Assembly: GCA_043228905.1 (NCBI GenBank)
Contig: JBHGNT010000017.1
Span: 13,330,001-13,394,000, forward strand
DNA length: 64,000 nt
DNA from: Azolla caroliniana
Taxonomy: Eukaryota > Plantae > Polypodiophyta
Direction of reading: 5' to 3'
The notes beneath the pieces are model-generated. The model saw nothing but the letters and a program-made list of their open reading frames with translations. It was not told the DNA's origin and ran no database searches. Positions 26,771 through 36,420 of this stretch are shown one piece after another (positions within the stretch are counted from its first letter, which is position 1; each line of letters begins with the position of its first letter). A program made the position numbers and the translations under genes.

Positions 26771-29607
26771 AAGGGTTAAAGACCACACGTTCTACAAATC
26801 GTTTGTGCTTTCTTTTCTCGTGTGGCGTGCGCGTTCTTAAATAGTATACAATTTTGGGCATTAGTTAGAGTAATTACCATGATTGAGGCGAGGTGTCCCC
26901 GAAATTCTCCGTTTCACCTACTGTCGGCTGGTCGTGGCCATGATATTGACCCGTGAAAGGATTGGGTGGTGTCGGGCCGAGGTATGGTTTTAGCTGAAAT
27001 CCATTAACCCAATTTCGCAAGAATTCTCCGGCTAAAGTGCCGAGTTGAAACGTTCCGTTGAATTCGTTGATAATCCAGAAGGGTCCTGTCCATCGGAAAC
27101 AGAGTTTCCCCAAACATCGAACCAAGCCGATTTTGAAACACGAGGACCAGTTTTCCCATTTCAAATGATTTCTCTGATCCTCGCTGATGTCGATCCACGA
27201 AGGCTTTCCTTTGCCGTCACCCTTGTTCTAGTTGTGTGTGGTTGGCGAACTGATCTTCCCCGATTTCGAGTAATTGTTTGAGGCTTTTCTGTTTAGACTC
27301 AAACTCGGATAGTCGTTTAGTAATTTGGACTCGTAAACTCGGCACCTGGAATGCGATTGGCATGAAAGATTCCAAGCCGAAAGCCATTTGAAAGGGTGTA
27401 GATCTGATACTCGTCTTGAACGTTGTGTGGTACGCCCAGAGTGCACTATGCAATTTGTCATCCCAATCGATTCAATTTTCGTTCACAATCTTTTTGAGGA
27501 TGGTTTGCAGTGTCTCATTCGTTGATTTGGCCAAGCCGTTTGCTCGAGGATAGTATGGTGTGCTTTTCTTATGCACGACCGTGTAATGTGTGGTTAGCTC
27601 TCGGATAAGACGATTGAGGAAGTGACCTCCTTGGTCGCTTACGAATTTGATTGGACAGCCAAATCAACACCATAGGTAGTCATAAATGAACTTGGAGGTA
27701 GACTTGGCCGTGTTGTCTCGCAGTGCCTTTGTTTCGGCCCATTTCATGCAATAATCGGTTGCCATGATGATGTATTTGTTGCCAGTTCGGGCTGCTGCTA
27801 GTTTGAATGGACCGGCAAAATCCAATCCCCACTTCTAGAAAGGCTCCAATGGAAGAACCGGTTGGTGAAGCATACGTGCTTGTTTGGTAGTTTGGCCCAT
27901 GCACTTACATAAGTCGCATTGTTTGCAGGATTCGTTGGCATCCTTTTTCGTTGTGGGCCACCATAACCCACTTTGGCAAATTTTCTGAGCCATTGCATCC
28001 CCAACATAGTGGCCCCCGACTATTCCGTAATGTGCTTCCCGTAGGATCACGTCTTTTTCAAACTTGCGCACTGTGCGATGCTAGATACCGTCCGAGCCTT
28101 TGTGATAGAGGGTTTCTGCGAACAAGCAAAATTTTTGGTTGTGAACTGCCAATCGTTTCTTGGCATCTAGGGTCAAATTGTCATGTGGAAGGCTACTGTT
28201 GAGGAAATACATCATTTCATTTAACCAGTCATCCTTGCTTTCAGTCTGTGGTGTGGTTGCATCCATACCGAAGAGGTTTGCATCGAGCAATTCATCATAT
28301 TCCGTCTCGGTAGGTTACCCCAATTCAAGCCGACTCAGATATTTGGCCACCCCATGCCGCACCCCTGGCTGATGATGTATCCCGAATTCAAGTTCCTAGA
28401 GAAGAAACATCCATCATGCCAATCGGCTGGTCAGTGCCTGTTTGTTAACGAGGTATAGTAACATCGAGTGATCCACATGGAACGTAAATTTCGGCCAAGC
28501 AGATAGTGCCGAAATTTCGTGATGTTGTATATCATGCCGAGTGCCTCACGTTCCGTTGTGGAATAGTTCTTTTAGGCTGTTGAGAACCTTTGGCTAGCAT
28601 AGTAGACTGGTCGATACCAATTGGGAGGCGTTTTTTGCATGAGGGCACTCCCAATGGCCACGTCAGATGCATCGACGAAAACGTGGAAGGGTTGCGACCA
28701 ATCGGGGGGTAGCACCACCAGTGCGTGTGATAAGATCACCGTAAGGGAGCGATATGTGTCGTCTTCCGTTGCCGAACACCGAAACAGAATCCGATGTACC
28801 GCTGCGTGTAAGGGAGTCGCGAACTCGGCTAGGTAACACAACATTCGACTGTGCCACCATATTTGACCCAGAAACCGGTTGCGTGCTTTTGTGTGGTCGG
28901 GGCCGGAGCACTGAGGATGGCCTGCACTTTGTTGGGATTCATAGCAAACCCTAAACCGGCGGCCTACAATGTGGTTGAGCAGAGTTCCCCTTGACACGTA
29001 GAATGTGCATTTGGTCGGGTTTAGGCTTAGCCTATCTTGCTAGCATTGCTTTAGACAAAGGCGTAAGTGACCAAGCTCCTCCATCTGCTGGCCGTACACG
29101 GCAACATCGTCGAGGAAGACTTGCATAAACGTCGGAATGTAATCGTCGAAAATTTTGCAATTATTCTTTGGAAGGTGGTCGGTGCCGTCTTTAATCCGAA
29201 CATCATGATGACTGCCACATACACGCCCCATTCGGTTACGAATGTCGTTTTTTCTTGGTCGGCAGGGTGCATGCAAATCTGATTATACTCGTTGAACCCA
29301 TCTAAAAAATTGTAGCATTCATGGCTGACCACCACATCAAACACCCCGTATGTGAATAGAAGAGGAAAGGCATCCGTGATGGTTGCTGCATTCAGCTTGC
29401 AGTAGTCAACATAGACCCGTATTTCACGATTTTGCTTCGGGATGACGACAATAGGGCTTAACCATGTTGCCCGTTTAACTGGCCGAATGAACCCTACTCG
29501 AAGGAGTTTGTCGATTTCGTCTTTTACTTTGGCCGCGTAATTGGGATTCATGCAGTAGCGGTGTTGCTGTATTGGTCATGCATGATAATATTGGGGATCT
29601 AACCCGT

Positions 29608-30395
29608 TGTCGTGCCTTTCGGCTCCGGATCGTTGCGTGAGTCGGGTGGGAACCGCCGAGGTTTTGGACTAGGAGAAAGAAGAATATGAGATGAGGCTAT
29701 TAATGAATAGATTATTAGAAAGAGAGATAGAAATTTCGTGAATCCCACGAGTGTATTGTATTCGATTAATCAATATTTAGATAAGAATATGTATTTAGAT
29801 TGAAAGAAAGATATAAGAAACTTGTGAATCCCACAAGTATAGATTATATTATTTTCGTGAATCCCACGATTATATTAATCGGTTGGTGTTTTCGGAAATA
29901 TATCCAATTTCCAAATATTTCACACACTATTACATTGTGCTCCCATCCTTATGTAGTGATGGGAGAGACTAAGCATAGCTACATGCTTTTTTTTCTAATA
30001 TGTTCATGCACACTAAATATGCATGTGATGCTTTTCTAATCCTTGCTTTTATTTGCTAAATATAGTGCTCATGCACGCTAGATGTGCACGAGTCACTTTT
30101 TAGTTGCTTGCGTTTTTTCTATAAAATATTCACACACTCTAAAAATGCATGATTTACCTTTTAATAAAGGTAGGTGCAAATAAAGCACTTATAGTTATTA
30201 AATCTATTTGTAGAACACTAAAGATAAGGTAGCATAATGGTAAAGTTGAGGTTTGGCTACGTGGAGGTACAGGGTTCGAATCCTACCTTATGCACGTGAT
30301 AAATATCTTGATATATTATTTTATTTATTTATACGTAATTAAATCGGTTATATTATTTTTACTTTTTCACGTAGTGTACGAAATACACTACGACA
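29608..30395 (-). mobile_element. Solo LTR (788 bp) inserted in gypsy pol
   Basis: TGTCGT...ACGACA ends and CCGT duplicated on both sides. Removing it restores pol (NDMNG|LDPQYYH). Orientation is inferred. Confidence 0.9.
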
Positions 30396-31010
30396 CCGTT
30401 CATGTCGTTGTACGACCAGGCAAACACGTCTTGGTATTCCGTAAGTAGCCCAACCAAGGCTGAGCGTTCATCTGAAGCCAATTCTTTTGCTATTTTTAAG
30501 GTGTGTGGCTCAATGGGGAAGCCAAGATTGATTTCCTCTAGGGTGGACGCCTTCACACGCTGAGAAATCACCAATTCTTGGTCAAGTGCGTCGCAAGCAT
30601 GTCGTAATTCCTCGATGAACTTTGGATTGGGTTCATGATGGACCTCGTTTTCTTCAATGGCCGGTTTCGATACATAAGGACCGATTGCCGTAAGGACATC
30701 GATCTCTAACAAAGGGACAATCGTCGGATGTTCCTCCAGGAAGTGGTCCACTTCTTCATCGGTGAGTCCGTCGAGCATGTGGACTCCTTCGACATATAAC
30801 GGAGTGGTGTCTTGGGGTGTAGTGATTCGTTCCTCTGTAATGAACCGGACCATGGTTTTTCTGCACCAGAATGAGATCATATTCCTCTGCTAGTGCTGCT
30901 AAATGTTGGTCGTGCACAACCATGGTCGACCGAGCAGTATTGGGTACTCCCCGGGAGCCTCAAGTCGTAGCACCATCGCTGAGATTGTGAATGTGTGGCC
31001 TCCTAGGTGT

Positions 31011-34000
31011 TGTTGGGAGACAGGTCCCTCCGGATGGGAAGGGAGAAGAACAGTGCCGACGAACAATCTCGGCCGAAACCGGATGAGGAGTACCCGGCTA
31101 CGGAGAGCCAGATGGTGCAGGCCTGGTGCAAACCGGATGAGGAGTACCCGGCTACGGAGAAACCGTAGTCCCCAGAACCGGGAGAAGTCGGGGACACGGT
31201 CAAAGTCAAGGGGGAGGCCTACTTGTTTCTATTGCGGCAAGCCGGGACACTTCCAAAAGAACTGTCGGCATTTCCGTAAAGACAAGGAAACCGACGGTAC
31301 CGATTCGAAGCAAACCCCGGACCCGAACGGTAAAGACCGGAATGGTAAAGACCGGAGGGGGCTGGACCGAAAGGGAACGACGGCAATCGCAGCAAGCGAA
31401 GAAGAGGTGATGCTCATCACCGAGGAGGGTGAAATAAACCTTGCCGGCGACGAGATGACCTGGGTGGTAGACTCCGGAGCGTCGTTCCACCTTACCCCGG
31501 ACCGGAAATGCTTCTCATCCTATTCAGCCGGTGATCACGGCTGTGTCCAGATGGGGAATGAAGGAACATGCCGAATTGTCAGCATAGGAGACGTGTGGCT
31601 GACAACACCAACCGGATGCAAGTTGCTGCTGAAGGATGTCCGACACGTTCCGGAAGTTCATCTGAACCTGATATTAGCCGATCGGCTAGATGATGAAGGC
31701 TACACGGGTAGCATCCGGAACGGTGTCATGAAGTTCAGCAAAGGGAGCCTGATTGTGGCTCGGGCTCGGAAGGTAAACACACTGTACCTGATGAATGCCC
31801 GGTTATGTCCGGAAGAAGTGAACATGGCATCCGACACTGCCGGTGAGCTATGGCACAAGAGGCTGTGTCACATGAGCGAGAAGGGGATGAAGAGGCTTGC
31901 AGAAGACAACCTCATTCCAGTGAAGAACGTGCACTTGGAGAAGTGCACTGATTGTCTGGTCGGTAAGCAGAACCGGACCTCCTTCCGACCAAGGCCACCG
32001 ATGAGACGTAATGCACCACTGGAGTTGGTGCATACGGACGTGTGTCAAGTAGATACGAAGTCACATGCCGGAGCGCAGTACTTCGTGACATTCATAGATG
32101 ACCACAGCCGGAAGCTGTGGGCTACACCGCTGAAGACGAAGGATCAAGTGCTATCCATCTTCAAAGAGCTCCACACGAGAGTGGAAAGAGAAACCGGCCG
32201 GGAGCTGAAGGCAGTTCGAGCAGATAACGGAGGGGAGTACCGGGGGCAGTTCGAGGAGTACTGCCGCTCGAAGGGAATCCGGCTCGAATTTACCGTGCCG
32301 AAGACGCCGGAACTAAACGGACTGGCCGAGAGGATGAACCGGACCATAATGGAGAGGGTCCGGAGTATGCTAGCGCATGCAAAACTACCCAAGAAGTTTT
32401 GGGCTGAGGCATTGTTGATGGCGACATACGTGATAAATAGATCACCCTCAGTACCCTTGGACGGAGACACGCCACAGAGAGTATGGATTGGCAAGGAAGT
32501 GTCCTACCGGCATCTGAAGGTGTCCTACCGGTAAGCAAAGCCTGAAGACGAAAGCGGAGAAGGTGGATATGATGAAGATTCCATATGCCTCTGTCGTCGG
32601 GAGCTTGATGTATGTAATGGTTTGTACTCGACCGGATATAGGATACACAGTCGGAGTGGTGAGCCGGTTCATGAGTAATCCCGGCAAGGAGCACTGGAAC
32701 GCGGTCAAATGGATACTCCGGTATTTGAAGGGCACTTCAAATATGTGTCTCCGATTCGGTTCCGGAAAACCTCAACTGGACGGTTTCACCGATTCGGACA
32801 TGTCGGCTGATGTGGATACCAGCCGGTCTACATCCGGGTATGTAATGACATATGCAGGGGGAGCTGTTTCGTGGCAGTCGAGGCTGCAGAAGACGGTTGC
32901 ATTGTCAACCACGGAGGCAGAGTACATGGCGGCTGTGGAAGCCGGCAAGGAAACTTTATGGATGAAGGACTTCATCGGAGAGCTCGGTAAATGGCAAGAG
33001 GAATACCGACTCTATTGCGACAGTCAAAGTGCCATCCACCTTGCTAAGAATGCGGCCTACCATTCCCGAACGAAGCATATCCAGCGGAGGTATCACTGGA
33101 TCCGGGAGAGAGTAGATGATCAGGAGTTCGCGTTGACGAAAATCCACACGGCCGAGAATGGGTCAGATATGCTGACCAAAGTGCTAACACCCGACAAGCT
33201 GGACGTATGCCGGAAGAGGATCGAACTGATCAGACACCCCATGCTGGAGTGAAGGGGGAGTTTGTTGGGAGACAGGTCCCTCCGGATGGGAAGGAAGAAG
33301 AACAGTGCCGACGAACAATCTCGGCCGAGGCCGAAACCGGATGAGGAGTACCCGGCTACGAAGAGCCGGATGGTGCAGGCCCGGTGTGAACTGGATGAGG
33401 AGTACCCGGCTACGGAGAGCCGGATGGTGCAGGCCCGGTGCGAACCGGATGAGGAGTACCCGGCTACGGAGAGCCGGATGGTGCAGGCCCGGTGCGAACC
33501 GGATGAGGAGTACCCGGCTACGGAGAGCCGGATGGTGCAGGCCTGGTGCGAACCGGATGAGGAGTACCCGGCTATGGAGAGCTGGATGGTGCAGAACCGG
33601 TGAGAACCGGATGAGGAGCACCCGGCTACGGAGAGCCGGATGACGCAGACCCGGTGCAAACCGGAGGAAGAGACATATTCGTAAATATGTTTCTGAGAGC
33701 CCATCGAGGCTATATTTGTAAATAGCCGAAAAGTCATATTAGTATAAATATGACTTAGGGCAAACTTTTAGTTGTTGTCATTCTTGTTGGTTCAAGAATA
33801 GAGAGTGTGCGTAACTGTACAGAGAGAGAGAGAGAGAAAGAGGTCGTTGCCTCTGTTGTAACCGCCGCCTGTGGCGAAGATCTGTGAGCACGAGGTCGGT
33901 GCCTCAGTGAACTCAGTGTTGTACATTCCATCATAGTGATTGTTTGGAGCCTGTGGGCTGCCGTGGTTTTTCCCCCTAGTTTGGGGTTTTCCACGTAAAC

Positions 34001-34115
34001 CTGCTGTGTACCTTGTCTCTCCTTTGTGTCGTGTTTTATTTCCCGTTTTCTGTGTATCATTCCAAGCTCGGTTGTGGCCAAGCGTTGCGCATAAGGAACG
34101 CTGTAGTTCCCGTCA
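31011..34115 (+). mobile_element. Internally deleted copia family B element nested in gypsy pol
   Basis: TSD GGTGT at 31006-31010 and 34116-34120. The truncated 5' LTR is fused to the gag zinc knuckle, and PR-INT is fused to the RT end/RNase H. PPT GAAGGGGGAG, 3' LTR 33263-34115. Confidence 0.96.
33337..33662 (+). repeat. 54-bp CCGG-rich tandem repeat x6 in LTR U3
   Basis: Unit CCGGATGAGGAGTACCCGGCTACGGAGAGCCGGATGGTGCAGGCCCGGTGCGAA. Confidence 0.97.
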
Positions 34116-35230
34116 GGTGTGACCATGGTTTTTCTGCACCGGAACGAGATCATATTCCTCTGCTAGTGCTGCTAAATGTTGGTCGTGCGCAACCATGGTC
34201 GACCGAGCAGTATTGGGTACTCCCCAGGAGCCTCAAGTCGTAGCACCACCGCTGAGATTGTGCAGGTGGAGAATTAACCCCATTGGTTGAATCGAGTGGG
34301 TATCCGCCCCATTTGTAGCCAAAACGGACATGGCTCCCATTGGGTGATGTCGAGGTTGTGATATGTGGCCTCACTGATTACATTGACACCGGAGCCACCA
34401 TCAACAATGCAACTATAAACATCTCTCCCTTTGATCACGAGCTTAACCACGGGATTTTGGGAATCCATTACGGGTGGACCAGTGCCCGACTCAACAAGGT
34501 GTACTAGCTCTTTTCCTGTTGTTAAGGATGCCACTGTATTCTTGAATCGTGGAAGTAATTGCAGAAGCTTATGCAAGGGCATGGAGATTTCGCAACTTGT
34601 GAGTGCTTGCCAAACATGTTCATCGTCTGATGACCTGTTGGTTGAGAGGGAGTCGCTGAACCAATAATAATATCCTTCATCTCGGTATGCATTCTCTTAG
34701 TGTTGGCGGCATTGACCATCTCTATCCATTGCTTAGTGGCTTGCCGGACTTCGTCTTGTATATCCCATTGGGTTCATCAGTTTTCGGGGCACGGAGGGTT
34801 GCAGTGTCGATTATCCGAGGGTCATTGATTATTCTCCGAGGGCCGGGGATCGTGATTATAATAGGGAGGCCTCCGATCGTGCCGTTGATACCTTGGTTCA
34901 TAGTAGTCTTCCCGGTCATAATCATTGCGGTAATAGTCATCGTCAGGGCGATTGCGGTCATCCTCGGTTTGAGGTCGATTATCTGGCCGATAATGCAGCT
35001 CCTAAGTTCGGTACTGGTTATCCCGGTGATAACGATTCTGCTCGGGTTAGTAACCGTCGTCCCAGTGATGTCGATCGTTGTACCAAGGCTGTTTTGCGTC
35101 CCTATTCCGAGGTGGGGAACGATCATTCTGTTGAGGGTGATCATGGCGTGGTTCAATCTATCGTACATGAGTAGAGGGTGTATGATTAAGCATATTGTAC
35201 TCGCAGTGTTTGATTGTATGCACCCGAGAA

Positions 35231-35930
35231 TGGCAGACCCAAGTTTGTGAAGCTTGTCAGTTAAACAAGAAGCATCGAATTCCTTTCCCCAATGAGCGAA
35301 ATCGAAGCCCTAACAAGCTCGAATTGATTCATTCGGATGTGTGGGGACTGGCACAAAATGTGAGCCTAGGTTGGAGTTGGTATTTTGTCTCCTTCATTGA
35401 CGACTATAGTGGACACACGTGGATCTACCTAATAGAAAAGAAGAATGACGTCTTCAACTATTTCCGGAACTTGAAGAATCTAGTGGAAAAGGAAACAGAA
35501 AGGACGATCAAGTGTTTGTGGTTGGATGGTGGAAAATAATACTTTTCCGGTTAGTTCAATTGTTATCTGCAACAAATGGAAATTCGGTGCAAATTCATTT
35601 GCAGATATATGCGAGAGCCGAACGACGAAGTCGAAAGAATGAATCGGTCAATCATGGAAGTGGCACATGCAATGTTGGAAGAGAAGAGCATGCCCAAATT
35701 TTATTGTCCTGAAGCCATTCGAATGGTAGTGTACATTCAGAATCAGATCTCTGCACATAGAGAGAAGGTGTCCGCACACGAGCTATACTTCAGGCGAAAG
35801 CCAAGTGTGAAGCACCTAAAGGTATTCGGCAAAATTGCATATGTGCATGTGCCAGATGAGAAGCGGAAGAAGTTGGATGCCAAAGCAGAGAAGTGAACCT
35901 TGGTCAGCTACTCGCATGAGCAGGAGTAGA
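35231..35930 (+). pseudogene. copia family C integrase fragment
   Basis: QVCEACQLNKKHRIPF..LIHSDVWG..FIDDYS..VHVPDEKRKKLDAKAEK. Confidence 0.92.
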
Positions 35931-35931
35931 A

Positions 35932-36420
35932 GTTGACAAGAACTACACGCTCCCTATGCGCAACGCTCGGCCACAACTGAGCTTACAATCAAACACAGAA
36001 AATGGGAAATAAAGGCGTGACACAAAGGAGAGAAGAGAACACAGGATGTTAACGTGGAAAACCCAAACTAGGGAAAAACCACGGCAGCCCACAGACTGCA
36101 AACTATTACTATGTCACAATGTACAAATGGTAAAGCACCGAAGCAATGACCTCGAGCTTTGTATCTTCGCCACAGGCGGCGGTTACAACAGAGGCAACAA
36201 CCTCTTCCTCTCTCTCATTGTCACTGTACACAGTTGCGCGCTTTGATCTATTTCAAACAAGAATAACAACAACCTTTACATATGTTTGCCCTAAGTCATA
36301 TTTATACTAATATGACTTTTCGGCTATTTACAAATATAGCCCCGATGGACTCTCAGAAACATATTTACAAATATGTCCCTTCATCTGGTGAGCACTTCTC
36401 ACCGGGCCTGCATCATCCGG
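35932..36420 (-). mobile_element. Truncated copia family B LTR
   Basis: Homologous to 17125-17600 (GCGCAACGCTCGGCCACAAC, GCCCTAAGTCATATTTATACTAATATGAC). Confidence 0.9.

Larger units (their letters stand above)
23512..35230 (-). mobile_element. Ty3/gypsy element copy 1 (non-chromovirus-like; gag-pol-ORF3), 5'-truncated, with two nested insertions
   Basis: LTR 23512-23984 and ORF3 24108-~26770. pol fragments: INT (FRWTGPFWI, CKQCDLC), RNH (VFVDASDVAIG), RT (MNPNYAAKVKDEIDKLL, QVFLDD), PR (CIVDGGSGVNVI). gag remnant to ~35230. Collinear with 51279-59970. Confidence 0.92.

Noticed and set aside
30225-30290. Functional tRNA gene
   Set aside because: No proper anticodon arm or cloverleaf. Reported as a tRNA-like cassette instead.
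33262-33603. Repeat-protein ORF (PDEEYPATESRMVQARCE)n as a gene
   Set aside because: It lies within LTR U3, several frames on both strands are open because of the 54-bp period, and there is no ATG-led gene context.
33337-33662. 54-bp array (and the 80-bp array at 15651) as a CRISPR-like locus
   Set aside because: Head-to-tail repeats with no unique spacers, inside eukaryotic retroelements, and no cas genes.
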